Assembly: GCA_002384855.1 (NCBI GenBank)
Contig: DGBP01000020.1
Location: forward strand, 31,687-95,686
DNA: 64,000 bases
Direction of reading: 5' to 3'
DNA from: Nocardioidaceae bacterium UBA4001
Lineage (GTDB): Bacteria > Actinomycetota > Actinomycetes > Propionibacteriales > Nocardioidaceae
The notes below the pieces were generated by a model. The model was given only the letters and a program-made list of their open reading frames with translations, made no database searches and was not told the DNA's origin. Position 1 is the first letter of the stretch. Each line of letters opens with the position of its first letter. This document shows, in pieces, positions 32,895-41,584 of this stretch. Both the position numbers and the translations under genes were made by a program.

Positions 32895-33330
32895 CGGGCA
32901 GGAGGCAGTCGACCTCGGTCGGCGCCCGGTAGATCTCCACGCACGGACGCGCGGGGTCGTGCACACCGAGCCGCCGGAGCTCGTCGAAGGCCGCCGCCAC
33001 GTCACGGTGCACCCGGCGGTCGTCGCCGCGCAGCGCGAGCTCGAGGTAGGGACCGCCGACCAGCACGCCCATCCGCAGACCGAGCGAGTCCGGGTCGTCC
33101 TCGGCACGCATCGGCGTCGCCATCCGGTAGATCCGCTGCTCGGGAAGGACGATCGCCATCATCCGGCGGCCGCGGCGGGAGGTGAAGCGCGACTCGAACT
33201 CCGGCCAGCCGGCCTGGATCGCCTCCACGTCGAAGGACACGTCGTGGTACATGATCGGCGTGTCCTCGCGGATCATCGCGCGTACCGCACCCAGGCCGCT
33301 GGTCGGCTGCTCCTCGCGTGTCCCCGTCAT
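32884..33330 (-). CDS. GyrI-like (effector-binding) small-molecule-binding domain protein, tentative
   Basis: 148-aa ORF from ATG 33330. The C-terminal ...RPCVEIYRAPTEVDCLLPV pattern resembles GyrI-like domains. Its end overlaps the upstream convergent ORF by 11 nt. Confidence 0.5.
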   Translation of the reverse strand: MTGTREEQPTSGLGAVRAMIREDTPIMYHDVSFDVEAIQAGWPEFESRFTSRRGRRMMAIVLPEQRIYRMATPMRAEDDPDSLGLRMGVLVGGPYLELALRGDDRRVHRDVAAAFDELRRLGVHDPARPCVEIYRAPTEVDCLLPVIG

Positions 33331-33419
33331 GGCGCGCACGCTACGTCGCGGCTCCCCGGCGTGTCGAGAGGCCGGGCCCCGTTGGTCGCTCCGACGGAGC
33401 CCACCGGGGCGTACGGCGC

Positions 33420-33997
33420 CTAACGCGGTGTCGACCCGCTCGGCCGGAACGGGGCGCCGTGTCCCGGCACGACCACGCCGGCCAGCTGGAGGACCCGCTC
33501 CCTCTGCTCCCGGAGCAGCTCCCGGTCGGGCGCGTACGGGTCGTCCGCCGGGCCTTCGGCCGACCACCAGAGGTGCGTGAGCGCGTGGACGTCCTCGGGG
33601 GTGCCGACCAAGGTCGTGATGTCCTGCGGCGTGTGGCCGGGCGTGGCCAGCAACCGCACGCTGGGCGCGAGGTGCACGCCGTCGGCATCGCGGGTCCTGA
33701 TGACGTCACCCTCGAGGACCCACTGGAAGTCGTGCACGGGCACCATGGGGAAGAGGGCGATGTTGACCGTGTGGTCCGGGTGGTGGTGGCTGATGACGAT
33801 GTCGGTCACGTCCTCCGGCCGGACACCGAGCTCGCGCAACGGGCAGAGGATGAGATCGCGCGCTGCCACCATCCCGGGGTCCACGATGATGACCCGGTCG
33901 GCATCGCGGACCAGGCTGACCGTCCCCGCCACGTTGGGGCGCCGCGCGTAGCCCTCGACGAGGATGTCGAGCTGGGCGGTCCGTGCCAGGTTCGTCA
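33420..33997 (-). CDS. MBL-fold metallo-hydrolase (small, about 192 aa)
   Basis: IVISHHHPDHTVN (HxHxDH), ATPGHTPQD and VVPGHG. Confidence 0.8.
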
Positions 33998-34106
33998 TCC
34001 GGTGACGGTAGCAGCGCACGGGTGAGCAGTGGCGACGCCCGCACCTGGTGCGATCGCCGGTCGGACGTTCGCTTGTGCGGCGTACCTCCTCGGTGACAAT
34101 GGAGAC

Positions 34107-34613
34107 ATGAGCAACCCGACCGGCATGTCCGCCTCCCGCGCCGCCCTGAGCTTGCAGTTCCCGCAGTCCCTGGGCGTGTACGACGACTACGCCGACGCGC
34201 AGCGGGCCGTGGACCACCTGGCCGACCACGGGTTCCCCGTCGAGAACTGCATGATCGTGGGCACCGACCTCAAGCAGGTCGAGCGGGTCACCGGGCGGCT
34301 GACGACCGGCCGGGTCGCCCTGGGCGGTGCCCTCTCCGGGCTCTGGCTCGGACTGTTCGTCGGGCTCATCTTCTCGCTCTTCGGCACCGGCGAGACCCTG
34401 CAGATCGTGCTCTCCACCGCGGTGTTCGGAGCGCTCTTCGGCCTGATCTGGGCCATGATCGGGTACGCCGCGACCCGCGGCCGCCGCGACTTCACCTCGA
34501 TCCAGCAGGTCGTCGCGACGAAGTACGAGGTCCTCGTCGAGCACAAGCTCCTCGCCGAGGGCCGGGCCCTCCTCGAGCAGCTGCCGGGTGGACGGCCCAA
34601 CCCCTTCGCCTGA
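34107..34613 (+). CDS. General-stress-type membrane protein (soluble N-terminal domain plus two TM helices)
   Basis: YDDYADAQRAVDHLADHGFPVENCMIVGTDLK, then the glycine-zipper-like hydrophobic segments LGGALSGLWLGLFVGLIFSLF and AVFGALFGLIWAMIGY. Confidence 0.65.
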   Translation: MSNPTGMSASRAALSLQFPQSLGVYDDYADAQRAVDHLADHGFPVENCMIVGTDLKQVERVTGRLTTGRVALGGALSGLWLGLFVGLIFSLFGTGETLQIVLSTAVFGALFGLIWAMIGYAATRGRRDFTSIQQVVATKYEVLVEHKLLAEGRALLEQLPGGRPNPFA

Positions 34614-34644
34614 CGCGGGGAGGAGACAGGGCCGGGGAGGGACC

Positions 34645-35547
34645 GTGGAGGGGAGATCGGAGGCCTCGCGGGAGCGCCTGGCCGCGCACCCGACGAGCGT
34701 CGGTGCAGCGCGGCGCCTCGTGCGCGCGGCCACGGGGAGCGCGGTGCCCCTCGAGCTCGCGGAGACCGCCGAGCTGCTCGTGAGCGAGCTGGTCACCAAC
34801 GCCGTGGTGCACGCCGGCACCCCCGTGGAGATCGCGGTGGCCCTGCTCGATGACCTCACTGTCATGGTCACGGTCAGCGACGGCAGCCCCCACGCCCCGG
34901 TCACACGGGACTACGCCGAGACCGCGAGCACGGGTCGCGGGCTCGTCCTGGTCCAGGAGCTCGCCGACCACTGGGGCGTCCAGGTGACCTCGGCCGGCAA
35001 GTCGGTCTGGTTCTGCCTCTCCCCCACTCGTCGGCACGGCTCAGCCGTTCCTCAGAGTGCACCGGCCGCGCCCGGGACCATCGCGGACGACACCGTGACG
35101 GTCGAGCTGCGCGGGGTGCCGCTGGCGCTGCACGCCGCCTGGCAGGAGCGTGCAGCGGCCCTCCTGCGGGATTACCTCCTGCTCTCCCTCGAGGAGGACG
35201 ACGGGACCGACCAGGTGTTGACCCACGCCGCCTGCAGCGACGCGGTGTCCCTGCTCGACGAGGCCCTCCCCCAGCCCGCGGATGCTCTCCCCGGCGCCTC
35301 CGACGGCCCGGCTGTCGTCGCCACGCCGTGCCTCACCGTGCCCAGGAAGTCGGTGGACCACTTCCGGCTCCTCGACGTGACCCTGGACCGGGCGCTGACG
35401 CTCGCGCGCTCCGACGAGACACTCGCCCCGCCGACCGACCCGACGATGCAGCGGTTCCGCCGCTGGGTCTGCTCCGAGGTGCTCGCCCAGTCGCTGGGAC
35501 GGCCGGCCACGCCGTGGGAGGAGGCCGGCAACGACGTACCGGCCTGA
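34645..35547 (+). CDS. ATP-binding protein with RsbW/SpoIIAB-like HATPase (anti-sigma kinase-like) N-terminal domain
   Basis: ARRLVR....L.....AELLVSELVTNAVVHAG and STGRGLVLVQELADHWGV. The C-terminal 170 aa match no recognised family. GTG start at 34645. Confidence 0.65.
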   Translation: MEGRSEASRERLAAHPTSVGAARRLVRAATGSAVPLELAETAELLVSELVTNAVVHAGTPVEIAVALLDDLTVMVTVSDGSPHAPVTRDYAETASTGRGLVLVQELADHWGVQVTSAGKSVWFCLSPTRRHGSAVPQSAPAAPGTIADDTVTVELRGVPLALHAAWQERAAALLRDYLLLSLEEDDGTDQVLTHAACSDAVSLLDEALPQPADALPGASDGPAVVATPCLTVPRKSVDHFRLLDVTLDRALTLARSDETLAPPTDPTMQRFRRWVCSEVLAQSLGRPATPWEEAGNDVPA

Positions 35548-35679
35548 CCGGACCGGGGCTCGGCAGCCTCAGACCTCGGCACAACGCTGTCCGGATGTCC
35601 GCAGCGCACGCTGACTGCACCGGATGCGCGCGGTCTCGACCGGGGTCGGTCCAGCGCGCTGCAGGAAGGGCAGGGGCTT

Positions 35680-36510
35680 TCAGTAGGGCTCGCCGAGCGA
35701 CGTACGCCCTGCGAGGCGGGCGTCTGCCGGAGCGACCTCGGTGACCGAGAGCAGTTCCTCGCGTCCGCCGGCTTCCTTGTCGATGGTGAGGACCAGCCCG
35801 ACACCGTGGGCGTAGTACTTGTGCTCGAGCACGTCCGGTTCGAGCGGGGTGGTGTCGGCCGTCTGCAGGAGGTCGTCGTACTGTCCGGCGGGCACGCCGG
35901 CCCGCTGACCGAACGCCAGGACCTCGCCGTTGTCCTCGGCCTCGCCCTCGTAGTACTCCTGCCGGTAGGCCATGCCCACCTCGGGCGAGGCGGGCATGAT
36001 CACCCCGGCTTGGGCGCCGTCGACACCGGCCTCGAAGGATCCCCCGCGCGTGGTGACCTCGCCGTCCTCGAACTCGGCGGTGTCCTCGCCGAGGTACCAG
36101 ACCGTTCCGGCCGCGTCCTGGGCGTACCAGTCGAGGGTGTCCTCGATGACCTCCCCGTCGAGCGTGACGGTGTCGCGTACCACGCGAGCGGTGACGCCGT
36201 TGGCGATCCGGCGGGTCACCGAGGTGGCCGTGACGACGACGCGGACGACGTCGCCGTCCTCGGTGGTCTCCCGGTAGGTCCAGCGGGTGCCCGGCTCGAG
36301 CGGGAACCAGGGGTTGGTCACCACGGCCGTGAACTCGGCCGGGTCGAGCTCGACCGGTTCGTCGGACTGCGGCAGACCCGTCACTGCCGGTCCGGCAGTG
36401 GGGGGCTGCCCGCTTGACCCATCGGCCGGCTTCGCCGCCTGATCCTCGGTGCCGCAACCGGTGAGCACGGCGAGGCAGCAGGTGGCGGCAACGACGGCGG
36501 GAGTACGCAT
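35680..36510 (-). CDS. Hypothetical lipoprotein
   Basis: Signal peptide with lipobox MRTPAVVAATCCLAVLTGC. Beta-rich acidic mature domain. High coding bias. Confidence 0.75.
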   Translation of the reverse strand: MRTPAVVAATCCLAVLTGCGTEDQAAKPADGSSGQPPTAGPAVTGLPQSDEPVELDPAEFTAVVTNPWFPLEPGTRWTYRETTEDGDVVRVVVTATSVTRRIANGVTARVVRDTVTLDGEVIEDTLDWYAQDAAGTVWYLGEDTAEFEDGEVTTRGGSFEAGVDGAQAGVIMPASPEVGMAYRQEYYEGEAEDNGEVLAFGQRAGVPAGQYDDLLQTADTTPLEPDVLEHKYYAHGVGLVLTIDKEAGGREELLSVTEVAPADARLAGRTSLGEPY

Positions 36511-36523
36511 GAGTTGTCTCGGG

Positions 36524-36856
36524 TCAGTCGTCGTCCCCGCCCGACTCACCTTCTTGTTCGGTGCCGACGACCTGGAAGTCCTCGTCGAGCTGTACGTCGA
36601 CCTGGGTGCCGTCGTCGAGGGTCACCTCGACCTCGTACTTGCTCTCCTCGTCGTCGACCTCGGTGTCGGTGGCGGTGCCGCCGCCGGTTTCCTCGAGTGC
36701 CGCCTGCTCGGCCTGCTCGAGGTCAGCGGCGGGGATCGGTCGGTCCTGATCGTCGTCGCCGGACAGGGCGGCGGCGCCGCCGATCGTGCCGGCCGTGACC
36801 ACGGCCGCTCCGGCGACGATCAGGGCGATGCGCTTGCGGGTCAGCTCCGGGCTCAT
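36524..36856 (-). CDS. PepSY domain-containing membrane-anchored protein
   Basis: N-terminal TM (IALIVAGAAVVTAGTIGGAAAL) and PepSY-like A..AALEETGGGTATDTEVDDEESKYEVEVTLDDGTQVDVQLDEDFQVV. Confidence 0.75.
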   Translation of the reverse strand: MSPELTRKRIALIVAGAAVVTAGTIGGAAALSGDDDQDRPIPAADLEQAEQAALEETGGGTATDTEVDDEESKYEVEVTLDDGTQVDVQLDEDFQVVGTEQEGESGGDDD

Positions 36857-36878
36857 ACCGCCACGCTACGTCGGCGAG

Positions 36879-36931
36879 ATGAGGAGTCCATGAGTCTCTC
36901 ATCCAACACTCATCTGCCTCCCTAGCATGAG
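36879..36931. promoter_or_regulatory. Cluster of five ATGAG/CTCAT pentamers plus a TAGCAT -10 hexamer in the PepSY / response-regulator divergent spacer
   Basis: ATGAG at 36879, 36890 and 36927; CTCAT at 36898 and 36909. TAGCAT at 36923-36928 ends 6 nt before the regulator GTG (36935), and no SD is present. Confidence 0.4.
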
Positions 36932-36934
36932 CGT

Positions 36935-37612
36935 GTGCGCGTGCTGCTGGTCGAGGACGAGGAGAAGCTCGCCGCGTTGCTGGCCCGTGGCCTCACCGAG
37001 CGTGGCGACGTGGTCGACGTCGTCGGAACCGGGGCGGAGGCGCTGACGTCGGCGCGCGAGGGCGAGTACGACGTCATCCTGCTCGACATCAGGCTGCCCG
37101 ACCGTGACGGGTTCGAGGTGTGCCACCGGCTGCGTACGGAGCGGGTATGGACACCGGTCCTGATGCTGACCGCGCGTACAGCGGTGGCGGACCGCATCGC
37201 CGGCCTGGACAGCGGTGCCGATGACTACCTGGCCAAGCCGTTCGCGTTCCAGGAGCTGCTGGCCCGCATGCGCGCCCTGGCCCGACGTGGCCCGGTACCG
37301 CGCCCGACCGATCTGGAGGTGGGCGACCTGCGGCTGGATCCGGCGGCGCGGCGGGTCTGGCGGGGAGCCACCGAGGTGTCGCTGTCGACTCGAGAGTTCA
37401 CGCTGCTGGAGACCCTCATGCGCCGACCTGACCAGGTTCTCACCCGGGAGCAGCTGCTCGGCTTGGTCTGGGGCGACCACCACGACGTCGCCTCGAACGT
37501 GGTGGACGTCTACGTGCGTTACCTGCGCGCGAAGATCGACCGGCCGTTCGGCATCACCAGCCTGCACACAGTGCGCGGAGTGGGCTACCGGCTCACCGAG
37601 GACACTCCGTGA
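36935..37612 (+). CDS. OmpR/PhoB-family response regulator
   Basis: Receiver domain (VLLVEDE, ILLDIRLPDRDG, ADDYLAKPF) and winged-helix output (LSTREFTLLETLM...VDVYVRYLRAKID...TVRGVGYRL). Confidence 0.93.
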   Translation: MRVLLVEDEEKLAALLARGLTERGDVVDVVGTGAEALTSAREGEYDVILLDIRLPDRDGFEVCHRLRTERVWTPVLMLTARTAVADRIAGLDSGADDYLAKPFAFQELLARMRALARRGPVPRPTDLEVGDLRLDPAARRVWRGATEVSLSTREFTLLETLMRRPDQVLTREQLLGLVWGDHHDVASNVVDVYVRYLRAKIDRPFGITSLHTVRGVGYRLTEDTP

Positions 37613-38958
37613 CCGGCTGGCACCCGGCTCGGTGGCCGCTGCGGACCCGGGTCGCGCTCGCCTTCCTGGCCACGACAGGCGTGGCGCTGGCCGGGCTCGG
37701 CGCCTTCGTCCAGGTGCGCGTGAGCGCAGCACTCGAAGACCGGCTGCGGGACACGGTCCTTGCCGAGGCCGACCGCCTCGAAGCAGTGCCGGGTCCACGC
37801 CGGTCGGACGCCGTCCGAGCTCTCGGTGGGGACGTCCAGGCCCAGGTGCTCACCTCGCAGGGCGACGTCCGGGCGTCGTCGAGGCTGGTCGCGGGCCCCC
37901 TGCTCGGGTCTGGCGCAGTGGAGGTGACCGGGGAAGGGGGCCACGACTGGCGCGAGGTCCCGGTGACGGTGTTCGACGACGACGCCGCAGCCGCGGGGCA
38001 CCAGGATCCGGAGCACGAGATGTTCGTGCTGCTGGTCCGGCCCACCGGGGATCGCATCCTCGTGGTCGGCGCGTCACGGGAGGACGTTGACGAAGCGCTC
38101 ATGGCGCTGCGCAACCAGCTCCTGATCGCGGGACCGCTCGCGCTGGCCCTCGCCGGTGGGCTCGGCTACCTGGTCGCAGGGGCAGGGCTGCGCCCGATCG
38201 AGCGCATACGCGTCCGTGCGGCCACGATCTCCGCGCGCAGCGCGGGAGAGAGGCTCCCCGTTCCCTCGGCGAACGACGAGCTACGACGGCTGGCGGTGAC
38301 CCTCAACGCCATGCTCGACCGTCTCGACGAAGGACTGCGGCGAAAGCGGAGGTTCGTGGCCGAGGCCAGTCACGACCTGCGCACGCCGCTGACCCTGATC
38401 CTCACCGAGGTCGAGCTGGCACTGGCGCAGCCTCGACCGCCGGAGGAGCTGACCCAGGCGCTGCACTCCGTCGACGTCGAGGTGCGGCGGCTGATCGCAC
38501 TGGCCGACGACTTGCTGGAGCACGCAGGGGCCGAGGACGTCGGCCTGCCGATCGAGGCCCGCACCGTCGATCTCGTGGCGCTGACCACCCGTGTCGCCGA
38601 CCGGTTCCAGGCGGCTGCCGGTGACCGTGCCATCCGCGTGGCCGCACCACGACCGGTCGAGGTCCAGGGTGACGCCACACGCCTGGACCGGGCGCTGTCG
38701 AATCTCATCGACAACGCTCTCCGCCACGGTGCCGGCGACATCGCGATCGAGATCCGCGCCACCAGTGACAGCGCGGTCCTCACCGTCACCGACGAGGGCC
38801 CCGGGTTCCCACCGAACGACACGTCCGACCTCGCAGGCACCGGGCTTGGGCTGTCGATCGTCAGGGAGATCGTGCGGGCCCACGGCGGCAAGGTCGACGT
38901 GCAGCGCGTGGATCACCGCACCCGCGTGCGGATGGAACTCACTTCCCCGGAAGACTGA
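37609..38958 (+). CDS. Sensor histidine kinase (HAMP-HisKA-HATPase)
   Basis: GTGA overlap with the regulator. Two TM segments, H-box FVAEASHDLRTPLT, N-box LSNLIDNALRHG and G-boxes DEGPGF / GTGLGLSIV. Confidence 0.92.
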   Translation: MTGWHPARWPLRTRVALAFLATTGVALAGLGAFVQVRVSAALEDRLRDTVLAEADRLEAVPGPRRSDAVRALGGDVQAQVLTSQGDVRASSRLVAGPLLGSGAVEVTGEGGHDWREVPVTVFDDDAAAAGHQDPEHEMFVLLVRPTGDRILVVGASREDVDEALMALRNQLLIAGPLALALAGGLGYLVAGAGLRPIERIRVRAATISARSAGERLPVPSANDELRRLAVTLNAMLDRLDEGLRRKRRFVAEASHDLRTPLTLILTEVELALAQPRPPEELTQALHSVDVEVRRLIALADDLLEHAGAEDVGLPIEARTVDLVALTTRVADRFQAAAGDRAIRVAAPRPVEVQGDATRLDRALSNLIDNALRHGAGDIAIEIRATSDSAVLTVTDEGPGFPPNDTSDLAGTGLGLSIVREIVRAHGGKVDVQRVDHRTRVRMELTSPED

Positions 38959-39004
38959 TCTGCCCGAGGTGCACTCGTGTGCTGGCCATGGACAGCTTGT
39001 TCGG

Positions 39005-39077
39005 TGGAGCTGAGGGGACTCGAACCCCTGACCCCCTCCATGCCATGGAGGTGCGCTACCAGCTGCGCCACAGCCCC
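39005..39077 (-). tRNA. tRNA-Ala (anticodon GGC)
   Basis: The reverse complement GGGGCTGTGGCGCAGCTGGTAGCGCACCTCCATGGCATGGAGGGGGTCAGGGGTTCGAGTCCCCTCAGCTCCA folds as a cloverleaf. It has the G3:U70 alanine identity pair and anticodon loop AUGGCAU. CCA is not encoded. Confidence 0.93.
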
Positions 39078-39183
39078 GCCGCCCTGATCGGGCAACTCCG
39101 GAATACTAGCCAACCCGAACCCCGGAAGCGAAATCGGGGGCCTCCCGCCTGACATGACCTCGGCCACGCCGGGCCACGAAGCC

Positions 39184-39660
39184 TCAGGCCGGGTTGCGTA
39201 CGACGATCACCGGCCCCGCGCAGTGGCGGATGCACTGCTCGGCCACCGAACCGAGCACCAGGGAGCGGAAGCCACCGAGGCCGCGTGAGCCCACGACCAC
39301 GACGTCGGCGGTCTCGGAGGCCGTGATCAGCGCCGGGGCCGCGGGGCTGTGGACGCAGTGGATGTCGACCGGGACCCCTGGGTCGGGACCCACGAGGTGC
39401 TCGATGCGGATCGACTCCTCCTCGCTGCAGGTGGCTTCGTACTCCGTCAGCGAGGCGGCGAAGCCTGCCGGCACGTCGGCCGGCCGCGCCGTGCTCATGA
39501 TCGACCAGGCGCGGACGACGTGCAGCGTGCTGCTGCGGCGCCGCGCCTCCTCGAGCGCGTAGCGGACCGCGTGAGCGGCGCCCTCCGAGCCGTCGTCGCC
39601 GACGACCACACCACCGTCGGGACGGGCGAACCTGGTGACCTCGGAGATGATCTCGTCCAT
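39184..39660 (-). CDS. Universal stress protein (UspA family)
   Basis: VVVGDDGSEGAAHAVRYALEEA and C-terminal VVVGSRGLGGFRSLVLGSVAEQCIRHCAGPVIVV. Confidence 0.88.
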   Translation of the reverse strand: MDEIISEVTRFARPDGGVVVGDDGSEGAAHAVRYALEEARRRSSTLHVVRAWSIMSTARPADVPAGFAASLTEYEATCSEEESIRIEHLVGPDPGVPVDIHCVHSPAAPALITASETADVVVVGSRGLGGFRSLVLGSVAEQCIRHCAGPVIVVRNPA

Positions 39661-39674
39661 AACCCCATCTTCCC

Positions 39675-40304
39675 TCACACGGGGCGTTCCCGGGCCACCT
39701 TCTCGTTGTAGCCGGCCAGCCGGAGCCGGCCTCCGTGCTCGATCTCCTCGACGGTGACCCAGGCGCAGTTGTCGACTGCCTTCAGCCCGGCGGCCAGCTC
39801 CAGCGGCCACTCCAGCAGGGCGGCCACGGCCACCTTCATCGCGGCGCCGTGGGTCACGACCAGCACGGTCTCGCCGTGTGACAGCTCCTCGATGCGCTCA
39901 CGGAGCGCCGGCACCATCCTGGCGGCGACATCCTCGCTCACCTCGCCGCCCTTGACCGGCACGAGCCCCTCCCCCGACAGCCACGCGGTGTACTCCTCGG
40001 GGAACCGCTCGGCGAACTCGGCCAGGGTCAGCCCCTGCCTCTCACCGACGTCGAACTCGCGCAGCCTGGGGTCCTGCTCGACGGGCAGGCCCAGCACGTC
40101 GGAGAGGTACTCCGCGGTCTGCCGGGCGCGCCGCAGGTCCGAGGCCCACAGACGCGCGACGTCGAGGTCGGCCAGGTGCCGTGCGGCGGCCCGGGCCTGC
40201 GCGTGCCCGGTCGGGTCCAGCTCGACGTCCGCGTGCCCCTGTGCCCGCCCGGACTCGTTCCAGGAGGTGCGGCCGTGGCGCAGCAGGATCAGCCGGCGGC
40301 TCAC
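39675..40304 (-). CDS. Histidine phosphatase family protein (position equivalent to mycobacterial GpgP)
   Basis: RLILLRHGRTSWN (RHG motif), SDL.RA.QTA and VTHGAA. GTGA overlap with the rsfS stop. The nadD-rsfS-phosphatase order matches Rv2421c-Rv2419c. Confidence 0.85.
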   Translation of the reverse strand: MSRRLILLRHGRTSWNESGRAQGHADVELDPTGHAQARAAARHLADLDVARLWASDLRRARQTAEYLSDVLGLPVEQDPRLREFDVGERQGLTLAEFAERFPEEYTAWLSGEGLVPVKGGEVSEDVAARMVPALRERIEELSHGETVLVVTHGAAMKVAVAALLEWPLELAAGLKAVDNCAWVTVEEIEHGGRLRLAGYNEKVARERPV

Positions 40305-40681
40305 TCGCCGCGGCCGGAGGTGACGGTCTCGGGCAGGTCGATGGCCGGGCAGTCGCGCCACAGCCGCTCGAGGGCGTAGAAGGACCGCTCCTCCTCGTGC
40401 TGCACGTGCACCACGAGGTCGGCGTAGTCGAGCAGCACCCATCGCCCGTCACGCTCGCCCTCGCGTCGTACCGGCTTGGCGCCGAGCTCGCGCAGGCGGT
40501 CCTCGACCGCGTCCACGACCGCTCTGACCTGGCGGTCGTTCGCGGCCGAGCACAGCAGGAAGACGTCGGTGATCACCAGCTGCTCGGACACGTCGAAGGC
40601 GACGATGTTCTCGGCGAGCTTGTCGGAGGCCGCCTGGGCGGCGGCGTGCACAAGCTCGAGTGCGTGGTCGGTGGCGGTCAC
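40301..40681 (-). CDS. rsfS: Ribosome silencing factor
   Basis: [17 protein letters not shown]......[22 protein letters not shown] and W.LLDY.DLVVH.Q..E.R.FY.LE.LW. GTGA overlap with nadD. Confidence 0.92.
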   Translation of the reverse strand: MTATDHALELVHAAAQAASDKLAENIVAFDVSEQLVITDVFLLCSAANDRQVRAVVDAVEDRLRELGAKPVRREGERDGRWVLLDYADLVVHVQHEEERSFYALERLWRDCPAIDLPETVTSGRGE

Positions 40682-41328
40682 GTGAGTCCTTGCCTGGGTC
40701 GGGGTCGGTCGGGCCGGTAGAGCGCGTGCTTGCCGATGTACTGCACCACGCCGTCGGGGACGAGGTACCACACCGGGTCGCCCGCGGTCACCCGCTGCCG
40801 GCAGTCGGTGGAGGAGATCGCCAGCGCGGGGATCTCCACGATGGTCACCTTGTCCAGCGGGATCCCCTCGAGCGTGGACAGGTCCATCTCGTAGCCGGGA
40901 CGGGTACATCCCACGAAGTGCGCGAGCTCGAACAGCTCGGAGGCGTCACGCCAGGTGAAGATCTCCATCAGCGCGTCGGCGCCGGTGATGAAGTACAGGT
41001 CGGCGTCCTCGAGGGTCGCCGAGAGGTCGCGCAGCGTGTCGATGGTGTACGTCGGACCGTTCCGCTCGACGTCGACCCGCGACACCCAGAAGCGTGGGTT
41101 CGAGGCGGTCGCGATGACCGTCATCAGGTAGCGGTCCTCCGACGCGCTGACCTCGCGCTCGGCCTTCTGCCAGGGCTCGCCGGTCGGCACGAAGACGACC
41201 TCGTCGAGGTCGAACCACGCCCGCACCTCACTCGCGGCGACGAGGTGGCCGTGATGGATGGGGTCGAACGTGCCACCCATGACGCCGATCCGACGGCGTC
41301 CGGGCTGCACGGAGGGGGTCTCAGTCAC
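40678..41328 (-). CDS. nadD: Nicotinate-nucleotide adenylyltransferase
   Basis: [16 protein letters not shown] (HxGH motif) and a downstream ISST-like ISSTDCR motif. Confidence 0.93.
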   Translation of the reverse strand: MTETPSVQPGRRRIGVMGGTFDPIHHGHLVAASEVRAWFDLDEVVFVPTGEPWQKAEREVSASEDRYLMTVIATASNPRFWVSRVDVERNGPTYTIDTLRDLSATLEDADLYFITGADALMEIFTWRDASELFELAHFVGCTRPGYEMDLSTLEGIPLDKVTIVEIPALAISSTDCRQRVTAGDPVWYLVPDGVVQYIGKHALYRPDRPRPRQGLT

Positions 41329-41358
41329 CGGCGTCCGTCATCGGCTGGGCCTCGCAGC

Positions 41359-41511
41359 TCAGGAGTGCTCGCGGCCCTTGCCGAAGGCCAGCAGCCCGAC
41401 GAGGAGGGCCAGCAGGAGGCCGAGGGCGATGAGGCCGACCGCGATCGGCGAGATGGCCGCGCCGGTGGAGTGGGTCTCCTCGGCGGCCGAGATCAGGGAC
41501 GTAAGCAGCAT
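41359..41511 (-). CDS. Candidate 50-aa membrane micro-protein, below the ORF-track length cutoff
   Basis: Hand translation gives MLLTSLISAAEETHSTGAAISPIAVGLIALGLLLALLVGLLAFGKGREHS. Nearly all third positions are G/C and there is one strong TM helix. AAGG lies upstream. It is co-directional between proA and nadD. Confidence 0.45.
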   Translation of the reverse strand: MLLTSLISAAEETHSTGAAISPIAVGLIALGLLLALLVGLLAFGKGREHS

Positions 41512-41584
41512 GCGCACACCTTACCGGCAGCCCAGGGCGTTCCCGATGTAGACCTCGTCCCGGGCCCGTGACGCCCCGCCTGTG

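Noticed and set aside
33998-34904. Extension of the small MBL hydrolase ORF to 494 aa, and similar long minus-strand ORFs at 35333-36457
   Set aside because: The extensions are antisense to plus-strand genes with recognisable domains, and the MBL homology begins at MTNLART (33997).
38959-39184. tRNA-Ala as the boundary of an integrated genomic island
   Set aside because: The window contains no integrase, recombinase or phage genes. I found no second copy of the tRNA 3' segment (…GGTTCGAGTCCCCTCAGCTCCA) that could serve as an att repeat, and flanking gene composition matches the rest of the window.
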